From Octopus bimaculoides (lineage: Eukaryota), in contig NC_068981.1 of assembly GCF_001194135.2 (NCBI RefSeq), positions 163,061,940-163,125,939 of the forward strand: a stretch of DNA of 64,000 nt, written 5' to 3'. Each line of letters begins with the position of its first letter. Position 1 is the first letter of the stretch. Positions 27,001 to 41,040 of this stretch are shown here, in pieces. Made by a program: the position numbers and the translations under genes. The notes under the pieces are model-generated. The model searched no databases. It had not been told where the DNA came from and was given only the letters and a program-made list of their open reading frames with translations.

Positions 27001-27804
27001 ACAAATATCTTGTAAATGTATACATACTGAAATGCAGAGAAAACAAATGTGTGCACGTGTGCACACACACATATACACGTGTGTATGTGTTTTATTTGTG
27101 TATAGAATATGTGTAAGTATACTCTTTCGTTGGTTAAGCAATTCAAAAACTCCCAACACACACACACACACACACATGCCTACATACAAATAAGTTTATA
27201 TATGAATTCATATATTATCATATATGAGAATATATATAAATACACACACACACTTGCATGATTACTCACTCACATACGCATATACATAACAGACAGTGGC
27301 AGCGGCAAAAAAAAAAAGAAAAAAAAAACAACAACAATAAAGTGAGACAGATTTTTACAATAATTGGCAGCGACACCAATGACCCAACTCACTATAAACT
27401 CTTGCTTGCTTTCTCACACATAAAATTGACCCCATATCAGGCTGCTTAGTTATATAAACTGGCAAATATGAGTTATCCAAAGATAAAAAAAAAATGTATT
27501 ATGGAAGAAACTAGAAACTTATTTCACAGCAGATATGAACTAAGGGGTGGTGGTGGTGATGGTGATATAATAAGGGATGCGAAGGGAATGTTTGTTTTTC
27601 TTCTTTGCCTTTTACCCTCCAAAATTCAAGAGTTGCAAGTGTTTAAATCAGATGGAAACATGTGTTATAAGTTTAGATAATATAAAGTAACACTTTCAAA
27701 ACATCCTTAAATAAATAAATAAATATATTCCACTATTGCTACTAGTTGTGATATTAATAATAATAACGATAATAATAATAACTAACAACACCAATAATAA
27801 CAAC

Positions 27805-27934
27805 TGTTTCCACTATAGGCACAAGGCTTGAAATTTGGGAGAGGGAGCTGGTTGATGTAATCAACCCCAGTATTTGACTGGTACTTATTTCACTGACCTT
27901 GAAAGGATGAAAAGCAAAGTCAATCTCGGTGGAA

Positions 27935-27980
<46 letters not shown>

Positions 27981-29055
27981 CCTTTGTACTATAGGCACAA
28001 GGCCTGAAATTTTGGGTGAGGGGGACAGTCGATTAAATTGATCCCAGTACTCAATTGGTACTTACTTTTATTGACCCTGGAAAGATAAAAGGCAAAGTCG
28101 ACCTCAGCAGAATTTGAACTCAGAACGTAAACACGGATGAAATGCCGCTAAGCATTTTGCCTTGCATGCTAATGATTCTGCCAGTTTGCTGCCTTTAACA
28201 ACAACAACAATAATAATCCTTTCAACTATAGGCACAAGGCCTGGAATTTGACGGGAAGGGGACAGTCAATCACATTGACCCCAGTACTTGACTGGTACTT
28301 AACTTATTGACCCCAAAAAGTAAAAGTCAACCTTGACGGAATTTGAACTCAGAACATAGCGACGGGTGAAATACTGTTAAGTATTTTGCCCAATGTGCTA
28401 ATGATTCTGCCAGCTCACCACCTTTAACAATAACAGTAATGATAATTCTTTCAAATTTTGGCACAAACATTGGCCAGTAATTTTTTTTAGTTGGAAGTGG
28501 TTAGTCATTTATAATGGCCTCAGTGCTCAACTGGTACTTTATTTTATCAAGGCCAAAATAATGAAAGGCAATGTTGACATTGGTGGGATTTGAACTCAGA
28601 GCGTAAAGAGCTGGAGGAAATGTGGCTGAGCATTTTGTCTGACATACAATTCTGCAAGCTTGATATTACACTGACCTTGATTACACTGACCTCAGTGCTC
28701 TAATTGGACTTATTTTATTGACTCTGAAAAGATGGATAAAAAACGAAATGAACAGCAGTAGAATTTGAACTTGGGACATAAAAAGCCACAAGAAAAACTG
28801 TGAAGCATTTTCACCAATACATTAGCAATTCTGCCAACTCACCACCTTTAATGGTTCCAAACTTTTTGGTAGAAGGCCAGCAGTTTTGAGGTAAGAGGGC
28901 AGGTCAATTACATTGACCCCAGTGCTTGACTAGTATTTTATTGACACCAAAAGGATTGAAGGGTAAAGTTGACCTTCGCAACAGCATTTAAAGATCTGGA
29001 AGAAATGCTGCTAAACATTGTCTAATGCATTAATGATTCTGTCAGCTCACTGTCA
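27805..29055 (-). mobile_element. Head-to-tail array of about six tRNA-derived SINEs (central domain resembles Meta/MESC), partly separated by (AAT)n
   Basis: Each unit has the reverse complement of A box TGGCAGAAT, B box GAGTTCAAAT, gcctttcatcctttc...aagtaccag and a tail ccttgtgcctatagt. Confidence 0.85.
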
Positions 29056-29064
29056 TAATAATAA

Positions 29065-29545
29065 GATTACAGGCAGTGGCTCAAGTGGCTTCTGATCTTA
29101 GCTATTTGGAAGTGTTAACATGTACATGTTTTGCCTTGGGCTACAACAAATATTCTGCTCAATGCCACAAATTTGCTTGTCAGTTGCTTGACCTTAACCA
29201 GTTGACAATATGTTAATTTCTGATCACAAACAGGAGTAGTGGGGGAACATCATAGCCATGTGTTGAGAAGAATTCTTTGGGGTTTGAATAATTGACCTTA
29301 GGAAACATGGATGTTTTGTTCATCATCCTCAAACAACTCATATTCTGGGACCTTTTTAAGTGAAATGGTCTACTTGATCTGAAGAAAATTCTAATCGAGA
29401 CGCACCTGCAAGGCCACAAGCAGTTTATCTTGATATGAGGTTAGCAAGTCACACACATATGGTTATGATGCATGTGCCTGATATACCCTTATCAGGTGGT
29501 CAGTCATGATGAGTATATTGGGCTTTGTATATCTGTACACTTAAC
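29065..29545 (+). mobile_element. Second copy of the ~550 bp interspersed repeat
   Basis: Collinear with 20698-21256. Confidence 0.7.
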
Positions 29546-29829
29546 AATAATGCTATTTAATTTAGGAATTAGCATTCTGAAGGTGTGATATTGAGGACAA
29601 ATTAGTTTGATGCTACATGGACTGAAAGGTAAAGAGCCAGAACAAATACTGCAAAGCATTTTTCTGAAACTAATGATTCTACCAATCAACCTACCATTAA
29701 TAATAATAATAATAATGATGATGATGTTAATGATAATAAAATGAGCATAATCAAAGAATTGAAAGCCACAGATCTCAGTATGGACCACTGATTGTACCTC
29801 CCAAAAAGTAAAATTGATAATAAAACAAC

Positions 29830-31716
29830 ATCAATAATAAATAGCAATACCTGGCAATCGAAGAACTAATAACCACAGAAACAAATAATATATGCAACAG
29901 CCTCTGTGAACACTAAAGTAGCTGAATACCCACTAAAACCCATCCAAACAAACCCTGTGGATGAATAATATCCAGACAAAAATAGAAAATAAGAGAAAGG
30001 ATCTGTCAATCCTTAATGAAACAAGCAAACAATCAACACTACTAAGCAACAAAAAGAGAAGAAAAATACTATGTAAATACAAAATTATAGAACAAGGTAT
30101 ACTTGAGGTAAAAGAACAGTTAAAGCAAGATATCCTTGCCAAAGCACAAAAAATCTGCCAGTATGGGAAATGCCAATGTTTCTTTGAACAAAACAAACAG
30201 TTCAACTCCAACCCCAAATAATTCTACCAAGAAAGAAGTCAACCAAGCACTGCAAAAACTAAGCAACAGGAAGGTACCCAGGCATGACAAGATCCCCAAC
30301 TTCTGGTTAAAATACCTAACAGAAACACATAAAAAGCTGGTTGAGAAATTTAATGAAATATTAGCAGAGCCAGAGACACTGGCTGAATGGCTTACAGAAG
30401 GGAAAACTATCCTAATTCCCAAATCCACTGAAACGACAAACCCACAAGAGACCGATAACTTATCTCCCTACAATTTACAAAGCCTTTACTGCAATATCAC
30501 AGAGAACGAGCAAGCATCTGGAAGAAAACAACCTGTTTTCAGAAGAGCATAAGGGATGCTGCAAGGGCTTATACGACTGTAAAGATCAGCTACTGATCAA
30601 TAAAGCCATAAATGAAGACAACCGCAGAAAGGAGAAGGGTCTAAGTATGGCCTGGATGAATTACTGAAAGGCTTTAGACAGCATTCCTCACATATGGATC
30701 CTAGAAACACTAGCTATGAACAAAGTAGCACCAATAATCATAAAATATATAAAACATTCCATGAATAAATGGCAGACAATGCTACAGCTCCAGACAAAAG
30801 AGGGACTCATAAAAATCAAAGCCATCCCCATTAGAAGAGGAATATTCCAGGGCGACACACTCTCTCTACTCCTTTTCTGCTTGGCACTGATACCTTTATC
30901 TGACATGCTAAACAAAGCTGGATGTGGATACTACTGTTATGTCAAAACAATCAGCCACCTCTTATATATGGATGATCTAAAACTGTACACTACAAATGAT
31001 AAACAACTGGAAACATTACTACAGAGAGTACATTGATTTACCAAAGAAATAAACATGAAATCTGGCTTACAAAAATGTACCAAAGCAACCTTGAAAAGAG
31101 GAAAACTAGTTAAGAGAAGCAACATCACACTAGATAAAGCGAATGAAATAAGAAAATTAGACCAAAACCAAACATACAAATACTTAGGAATCAATGAACT
31201 AGACACGATACAACACACACAAATGAAAGAGAAAATAAAAAGAATACTATAGACGAGTTAGATTAATACTGAAAACAGAGCTCAATGTGAGAAACAAGAT
31301 AATAGGCATCAACACTCTAGCTGTCTCAGTTATAAGTTACAGGTAGAATATTCTTAACTGGACTCTACATGAACTAATCAAAATAGACAGGAAACCCCCA
31401 AAAATAATGACTGGATTTTGGATGCACCACCCAAAATCTTACATAGAAAAGTTATATATGCAATATATAGTAGGTACATCAAGTATGATAAAAAAATATT
31501 CAGACAAATACATAACAAAAACATCAGGACTAACAAATATGTATAACATACAGAAAATAGCACTACTAAGCATTGCACACATCCTATGTAAAACACTTTC
31601 AATACAGTATGAGCATCACAACAAACCACAGCACATACCCAAGGTACACAGAGCTGCACTCAGAAGTGTAGTGAAAGGATGTGATGAAAATAAGACCACT
31701 GAATAATAATAATAAT
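29830..31716 (+). mobile_element. Decayed R4/Dong-like non-LTR retrotransposon: RT fragments and extreme C-terminus, with frameshifts, stops and an internal deletion
   Basis: RRGIFQGDTLSLLLFCL, SHLLYMDDLKLY, YKYLGINE, IQKIALLSIAHILCKTL; ends in (AAT)n. Confidence 0.8.
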
Positions 31717-32825
31717 TGTTTCTCATTTAAACACAAAGCCAACAATTTTGAGAGGAGGGGTAAAGCCAAATGATCAACATTTGTACTGAAGTCTGCTGTT
31801 GAAGCTCTAATGATTCTGTAAATTCATTCCCTTATAATAATTTTTTCACTATACATTTACTTCTACAAGAGAAACAACAGAAAAATCTTTTGAACCAAGG
31901 CAGGACAGTCAGGTGGATGCTTGATCTATTAGAAACCACTCTGTTAAAAAGAAAATTGTATAGCCAAGATAATGTAATCCTGGAAATATGTTATCTAAAA
32001 GTAACAGCACCTTGTATATAAAAAAAAAATAATGATGATTTATTGCAAGAAGTATAAAATTTGCCAGGTTTTCAAGAAGGCAAAATAGCATGACAAAACA
32101 AAGATAAAACAAACTAAGTGATGAAAAAGTAAAATGGGTGTATTATTGAGAAGTTTACTCCCTAACCAAGTGGGCTCAGATTCAGTCACACACAGGGTCT
32201 TCTACTATAGCCCCAGGCTAATCAATGCCTTGTGTGCAAATCTGGTAGACTGAAACCTAAAAGAACACATTGTATATGCGTGTTCTCAAGCTCACCAGCT
32301 CCTGTGAAACCATCCAACTCATGACAGCATGGAAAACAGACATTAAATGATGATGATGAAGATGTGTGTGCTTATGTGTACCATTTGTCTTGGCATCATG
32401 ATGGCCATAGATGCTATAGATAAGCATCACAGTTATACAAGCGAGGTTGTTCATTTCCAGTCTTTCATGGAAAATGTCTGGTCAGGGAAAAATATTACCT
32501 TGCCCGGAAATATGTGGGGTAGGGGGTGGCAACAAGAAGGGCATCGAGCTGAAGAAAATCTACATCAATGATTTCCATCTGACTCATACAGGCATGGAAA
32601 GGTGGATGTTAAGTGATGGTGGTGATGATGATTAATTAAAAACTTAGCTGAACGAACTTGACAAGAGTGTCTTGAACAGAGCATACAAAGAAACAACTTT
32701 GGTGGAAACAAGCACATAATTCCTTAATTCATATAACCCCACCTCTATCCACCTTTTAGTCATTCTGATTCACCAACACTTTACATTCATTTTTCCATCT
32801 ATATATTAGAATGTGTGAGCATCCA

Positions 32826-32895
<70 letters not shown>

Positions 32896-33781
32896 AATAT
32901 ATATATGCAATTTTGAAATGCATACATCATGCAAACATTCAATTAAACATGTATATAGACAGATAGATACACACATGCACACGTATGTGTGATATATGCA
33001 TTTTTCGACTGCATATATCATACAAACACACACACAGATATGTGTGCACAGCTACATTGAATCTTAATGTATAACTAATTAATATTGATACCAGTAAATT
33101 GTTTGCCATAGCAACAGGCAGTGCTAGCTTTCCCAGTAAGTTTGCAAACTTTATGAATATACGCCAATATGAGTGACCAGTGCTGATGTGAATGACAACA
33201 ACGATCTCTCACCTTAAGTGAAAAGGGCAGAAATGATGTGAGAAATTAAATTAATGATTTGGAAAAGGGGATTTGAGTAGTAGTAGAGAGAAGAAAGCAA
33301 TGGTGGAAGTGAACGAAATAGGGAGAGAAGATGGCAGGGTGAGGATGCTTGTGTATAACAAGTTGAAACAGTGATTTTCTTAGCTCCAGGAAGATTTCCA
33401 AATATATAAGACATAATCATGTTAAAATTTAGCTGAAACAGTTCATACAGCAGTTATAGATTTTTTTTAAAAACTTGCTATTGGCCAAAGTACACACATA
33501 CATCCAAGCACGCACGTGCATGTGCATACACACACATAGTGAGGAGAGAGATGGAAGGGAACAGAAATGAAGGTAGTTATTGCTTTTAATGTTAAGCACC
33601 AGGCCTGGTGGCATCATTGATCAGACATGCATTTGAGGGAATCTCAACTGTGACCATTCTTGTCATTTTTGTTTTCTTTAGGCCTTACGTGTACAATATA
33701 TCGTACAAGGTATTAATATATATATATCTATATATATATACACACACACACATACATAGATATATGTACATACATACACAC

Positions 33782-33817
<36 letters not shown>

Positions 33818-33819
<2 letters not shown>

Positions 33820-34630
33820 GAACACAAAAATGTAGAAACTTCTAGATACACCAATACGCCTATATTCTTTTATTTAAATTTGAAGATAGTATTCCAACAT
33901 GGTTGCATTAAACCCCACCTCGCCTTCCAACCACTTGGTAACCACACCTTCAACTGATGTTAATTTAGGTTGCCATCAGGAAGATACTTCACTCTTGTTC
34001 TACGCACACATTCTACCAATTTTTATTTACATTTATTCTACCCAATCTTGAAAATAAAGACCAGATGGAAACATTTTTATTAGAGCACCTACTCAATAAG
34101 ATAACTCATGAGCTAACACACATATATCTATGTGTGTGTGTATATAANNNNNNNNNNNNNNNNNNNNNNNNNNNNNNNNNNNNNNNNNNNNNNNNNNNNN
34201 NNNNNNNNNNNNNNNNNNNNNNNNNNNNNNNNNNNNNNNNNNNNNNNNNNNNNNNNNNNNNNNNNNNNNNNNNNNNNNNNNNNNATATATATACATAAAT
34301 TTATATACACACACACATAGATATATGTGTGTTAGCTCATGAGTTATCTTATTGAGTAGGTGCTCTAATAAAAATGTTTCCATCTGGTCTTTATTTTCAA
34401 GATTGGGTAGAATAAATGTAAATAAAAATTGGTAGAATGTGTGCGTAGAACAAGAGTGAAGTATCTTCCTGATGGCAACCTAAATTAACATCAGTTGAAG
34501 GTGTGGTTACCAAGTGGTTGGAAAGCGAGGTGGGTTTTAATGCAACCATATTGGAATACTATCTTCAAATTTAAATAAAAGAATATAGGCGTATTGGTGT
34601 ATCTAGAAGTTTCTACATTTTTGTGTTCAT
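33818..34630. repeat. 330 bp inverted duplication flanking an assembly gap
   Basis: 33818-34147 is the reverse complement of 34301-34630 with 3 substitutions seen; Ns at 34148-34284. Confidence 0.9.
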
Positions 34631-35847
34631 TTGTATCTAAAGATTGTATGATTATGGCTGCTTTTCTATGTGTATGTGAACGTAACTTACTGCATCTGTG
34701 CATAGATGCATGCATGTATGTATAGTTGGGCTGTTGTTACTTGGTCACAAATCGACTTCCATAATGTGTGTATGTAGAGTGCATTTTCAGATGTGTGTAT
34801 GAGTGTGTATGTGTTTCACTGTCTCAAGGTAAATGTATCTTTGTTTCTGTGTATGCATTTGTGTCAGGTTGCTTTGGATGCAACTAGTAACATGTAATGT
34901 AACACAACCTGTTACATGGTCAGGTGATTGGTAAGTAAAACAGTACCTCAGGCAGGCTGCTAGAAACCTAGCACGTCAAAAATAGGGGCTGTCAAAAAGT
35001 TGATTGAACCCAGCATAGAATTAATGAGTACCCAGTAATATTGTGTGGGTGGACACAGGAATACTGAAGTAGTGAACAAGTACTCTGTGAAATATTTTTG
35101 GGAAAGATGGACACCTAGTCCTTAGAAAACCAAGCAAAAAAAAAGGGCTAGATGGGGCTCCTTAGCCATAGTGGGAGCAATTTACCTACACTGCCCTGTT
35201 GCCTTCTGGATGTATATAGGAAATCAAAAGCTAGAGGAGTGCATTCAAAAAGAAAAACAAACTGTAGTTATTAACTTAATGAAGTTCCCAACAAACTGGA
35301 TTAGAGTTCCAGGAGTTTTCTGCAGCTGGAAAGAGATACCAATAATTTTGGCTCTCCTTTGTTCCTGGATCCATTGTCCTGGCAGCAAATATAGCTATGT
35401 AGGGAAATACACACCTCCAGCTCCACTATAAAGCTTCATGGCATATGTTTCTTCTCCAGCAATGGGAATTACAGATCTTCAATTTCAGGGGTGGTGGTAG
35501 GTGTGATAGTGGTGATGTAATCAAGCACACATTGGCAAAGATGAAATACTGCTACTTCCATGCTTGTGAGGAGACTTTGTAGGTGCAGCAGGATCGGTAA
35601 CAGTTTCAATTCTCTAGTTAACTGCATGGTTGTGTCATCCATTTCTGCTGCTCTTTAAGATCAAAATATCAAATGATCCGCAATTGAGAGAGAACTTGAA
35701 ATGGGATATACAATCATCAAAGGACCACAACAGAAAAAGATGGTCAGCTCTGAATATGGCGGTCAACAAAAAGCAGTGTTTAAATGCACGATACAAGTGA
35801 GGGGGTTGGATTAGATTGCTACACAAGTATTCTATTCGTGTTATTTT

Positions 35848-35995
35848 AAGGCAGTGGATTGGCAGAATCCCTGAGGGTTAGACAAAACGCTTTACAGTGT
35901 TTGTACTTTTTACCTTCTAAGTTCAAATTCTACCAGGCCAACATTTAGTGTTTGTCTTCCCAAAATCAATGACATAACATACCAGTATAGTACCT
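35848..35995 (+). mobile_element. Decayed copy of the same SINE in plus orientation
   Basis: aggcagtggattggcagaatc...aagttcaaattc. Confidence 0.5.
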
Positions 35996-36479
35996 CATTA
36001 CAACAGCAGAATTGCCAGGGCATGAGGTAATATGCCTTTCCCCACTGTTAATTTAAATGCTGCATTATCAGCTTTGCTTCCATTGAGAGCAGTCAAAGAA
36101 TCAAGATATAGCTCTATCCTCTTCTTTGATATTGAGCTGGGTCAAAGATAAAAGGATCAACAGCGTATTTGCTTGCAAAAGCATGAGCAAAGTGATGCCT
36201 GAAGTACATGACAAGAAAAACAGTGAAACAACATTGCTGTTATAGTAGGCAACCTGAAGCAATTCAGAATTATTTTACTCTAGCTCTAGCAATGATCACT
36301 CCAGTTTTTTCTAAGACTATAAAATGTGATTTGAAAGAGATATGATAGCTCTCTTTGTTAAGCTGAGTAACAACAAAACTTGGCTTAGCCCATTCTGAGC
36401 TACATTCTTAATGAAGGATGGTTGTTGCAATTACTTTTTCAATTTTTCAATACGATCAAACTGTTTGAGGAGTTTAAAA

Positions 36480-36730
36480 AATAACACTTTATATCTTAGT
36501 TGCTGTTGTTTAATTTTCAGGTTAATTCTGATCAAGCAGGCCTATGATTGAAAGACATTCCAACTATGATTTCCTTGTCTTTTAGTTATTCAAACAGTGT
36601 TTGTAGGATTGCATTATCTAATGTGTCTTTCCCTCATGTAAGACAGTAGGATGCAATTTGAGAGAGACTGAGCTGCTGCTTCTACTGTTTCTAGCAGGTT
36701 GAGTGACTGCATAGAGCCTCTGGTGTTGGC
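36480..36730. mobile_element. Old unclassified interspersed repeat
   Basis: Motifs ctgatcaagcaggcctatga and tttctagcaggtt; related, partly inverted copies near 4820, 8630-8800, 15900, 22130, 31870, 44150 and 50990. Confidence 0.45.
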
Positions 36731-37899
36731 TTAAGTACTGCTTGTCTTATGTTGGTACAAATCTCTCATTATGTCATTCATCATATAACAAAGTTTTGGC
36801 TAAGGTTTATGAACACTTCATCAGGAGTAGTTTAAAGCAGGCTGATTCTGAGAGGGTTAAACAAGAGGTCCACTATTTTCAAATATAGAAATTTAGGCCT
36901 CATGTAATTTGTTGGGGATAGAAAAAACAAACAAAAACAAAACAATAATGGTGGGAGGTGTAATTTTTGTAAATAGCAGATCAGCTGACATGTATTCTTT
37001 GGCATTTGGTGAATAGATCATTGAATGGGCTAAGTTTATTTAAAACTGTGTTTAAACTTTAAACAAAGGCATTCAGTCTGTGTAACCTTTGCAAAGGGCT
37101 AGTGAGTAAAGATGGGATTTAATTTAATTTGCACACTTAGCTTAAAACTAAAACTTTTTAAACTTCCTCACTGAAATGGCTGTGCCATCTATTCCCCCAA
37201 TATGCCAAGTGCAAACAGTATAAATGTCTGTCATATGAATGGCATGGCACTAGTTCCAACCAATGTCCTTTCCTTAAATAGTTTTTAATATAGAAATTCC
37301 AGTATTTAGTCATAGCAAAATAAATACCAAAGATAGGAGGTGANNNNNNNNNNTTTTTTTTTTTTTTTTTTTTTTTGTAAAATATAGAATAATAATGGTT
37401 TCTCACGTTGGCTTGTACTGGTAAAAGACAAAAAAATTACAGGTGGAAGTAGGGAAGAGTAGTAGAGTGTAGTCAAATGAATTGACTCCAGTACACAACT
37501 GGTACTTATTTATTGACCCTGAAAGGATAAGGAGCCAAAGTGTACACTGGTAGAATTTGAACACAATATCCACTCTTCATCCATTAATACTGTTCACTCT
37601 ATCCACACTTCCATTGACCATTTCCACAATGAGTCAACAATTATCACTACACCCAACCATACATTTCTCACCATCATCATGCACTATGCCTACTTCTATT
37701 TTCCCATCTACTCCTGCAACTTAATTAACAGCATCCCTCTCTCATCATTACTATTCCATACTGTCTGCTACCCCCTACTCTACATCCTATTATTCAATCG
37801 CTCTCACCCTCTCTTCTAAAATTTAAGTAGTAGTGTGGTTCCTCTATAGTAAGAAACCATCTCTCATTTTTTTTACCCATCTTTTGCCCCTCGTCTTCA

Positions 37900-38030
37900 A
37901 TCCCCAACAACTCTTTGATCATAACTCACCTTCAATCAAGGATATCTGTGTCACCTCACTCCAGCCAAAATTCAACTTTCTTGGTAACTTCAATATTCAC
38001 TATACAACATGGCTCTCATAATCATCTTAT
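37900..38030 (+). mobile_element. Possible LINE APE-endonuclease remnant
   Basis: FLGNFNIHYTTW resembles the GDFNIH motif; very decayed. Confidence 0.3.
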
Positions 38031-38320
38031 ATTCACACCACAGGTACAGAAACTGAATCATTTGCAACCTTCAGCTGTTGCTCTCTTTCTCTGTATGTGT
38101 GTGTGTATATATCACATACACACACACACACACACATACTGAAAATCATAAAGGTATTGAAATTGTGAAGATTTTTGGTTGCTAACTGATGAGGATTGAG
38201 CATGTCTATGTCCTTTGTGTGTTTTTTGTTTTCTGTATGTTCCACTGTCATCTTTCCATTCAACAGCTTACTGTCTATCGTCTATCTATCGATAGATAAG
38301 TAGATAGGCAGACATATACA

Positions 38321-38381
<61 letters not shown>

Positions 38382-39547
38382 TTATGCATGCATGTGTATA
38401 TAAACACACACACACACACTCACATATATACATATCATACATGCATATATTCATATATACCCGCACATATTTATGCATACATACATGTGTGTGGGTGTAA
38501 TAGCATTCACATTCATCATATTTGCAACATAGTAATGTTCTACTTTGTGAAAACATGATTGAGCAAGAGCATGTATGTTTAGAGTGAAGTACATTTTCTA
38601 CAAGTCTAATCACCAGCTCTGAAAAATCCAGTAACCTCTGGCCATTGTGTGTTTGATAGATACAAGGAGGATCTACTTAACTGTTGCTACCAAGTTGGTT
38701 TTAGGAAGCTTAACTTCTTCAGTGGTACCCATAGTATTGGGACACACTGAAGATAAAACACAAGACATATAGCCACAACCACACATAGTTACACACAGTA
38801 ACACACACACATAGCAATATATGGCGGTATAACTACACACAACTACAAATCTACACAAAACCATATTTGTAATTTCAGATAAACTATTAGCCATATTACA
38901 CACATATGACCTCTCTTACACACATATACTTTCATCATTACTCCTACACATATAAGCATCAGGTACCGTTTAACTTTAATTATATGTTCAAAGTGAACAT
39001 AAAAAAAAAAAAGAAAAAGCCCCTATTCTCATACCAATACTGCACCTTGGATGATTTCTAAACTAAGAAAATATTCCTGCAATATCACAGAAAATGTGAT
39101 AGCAGTTCAGCAAAAGAGATCCAATAGAATAAGTACTAGGCTTACAAAGAATAAGTCCTGAGGTTGATTTGCTTGACTAAAGGCGGTGCTCCAGCATGAC
39201 CGTAGTCAAATGACTGAAACAAGTAAAAGAGAGTATGAGCAGTATTATCTGTTTAATTACTGATCGTTATTAATGGTATATATATAATGGTCTCATCTCA
39301 ACCACAGCCAACCTAAGCTGGTTTCAGCTGCCATACCTATCTGCTTGGTGGCTTTCTTCTGACGTCTGGATTCCAAACAAGTCTACTATTGGAAATAGTA
39401 TACAGGGAAGTCAATAAAATATTCTACAAATCCCTAACAATAAATAGTTACTATGCCATGAATTAGTTGATAAAATCTACTTCAGTAGTTAAGTGGAATT
39501 TCATTCTTATCAATTCTGGAATGATAAAAACTCCATGGCCTACTTAG

Positions 39548-39591
<44 letters not shown>

Positions 39592-40230
39592 GACAAGACA
39601 AGCTTCTTTCAGCTACCAAATCCACTCACAAGGTTTTGGTTGGTTCGGGCTTAAGTAGATGATACTTGCCCAAGATGCTATACAGTGAGACTGAACCTAG
39701 AACCATGTGGTTGGGAAGTAAATTTCTTCCCACACAACTACATCTTTGCTTATGATGTCTTTAATTATAGATCTGCTTGAACAGAACTGACCTGGAGCTC
39801 AACAACAGTTTCTTTCATGGTTTAATGAAAATTCTATAATTGCAAGTGTAAAAATATTTCTACCAATGATTATAAAGATATCAATGACATTTTTGTATTT
39901 CATTTTTGGCTTAGCTAACACAGCAGAACTGTCACAGGTGAAGAATTGATCGACAATTAGAAGAGACTTGTTGAAAAGGCTAAAAAAGTTATATAGATAA
40001 ATATATATCATATATAAATATATATGCACTATAAATGCATACATTATAAATAATACACATACATACACATATTTCAAGAGCATAGAAAAGCAAAAACACT
40101 AGTAATTAATTAACTTTTAAACAAAAATAATACCACCACCTGTTGCCTGAAATCAAAGTAACTGTGTTTGTGTTTTTATGTATGTATATGAAATACAAAA
40201 AAAAAAAAAGATTAATAAAAATATGAATTA

Positions 40231-40602
<372 letters not shown>

Positions 40603-40654
40603 TTATATCTCCCTGGCACCCTCTCCTCAGGACTTAACTGGCTTTGTGAACTCT

Positions 40655-41040
40655 TGTTGTTGGCACTCCGTCGCTTACGACGTCGAGGGTTCCAGTTGAT
40701 CTGATCAACGGAACAGCCTGCTCATGAAATTAACGTGCAAGTGGCTGAGCACTCCACAGACACGTGTACCCTTAACGTAGTTCTCGGGGATATTCAGCGT
40801 GACACAGTGTGACAAAGCTGACCCTTTGAATTACAGGCACAACAGAAACAGGAAGTAAGAGTGAGAGAAAGTTGTGGTGGAAGAGTACAGCAGGGTTCGC
40901 CACCATCCCCTGCCGGAGCCTCGTGGAGTTTTAGGTGTTTCCGCTCAATAAACACTCACAACGCCCGGTCTGGGAATTGAAACCGCGATCCTATGATTGC
41001 GAGTTGGCTGCCCTTACCACTGGGCCATTGCACCTCCACT
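40655..41040 (-). mobile_element. Young tRNA-derived SINE, third family, with (CAA)n tail
   Basis: Minus strand gtggaggtgcaatggcccagtggtaaggg...ggtttcaattccc; CpG-rich; 3' ~170 nt shared with 1590-1752. Confidence 0.8.

Noticed and set aside
27805-29055. CRISPR-like or tRNA-array-like periodicity
   Set aside because: Units are ~200-bp diverged SINEs with tRNA-like A/B boxes but no cloverleaf or short repeat-spacer structure; the context is eukaryotic
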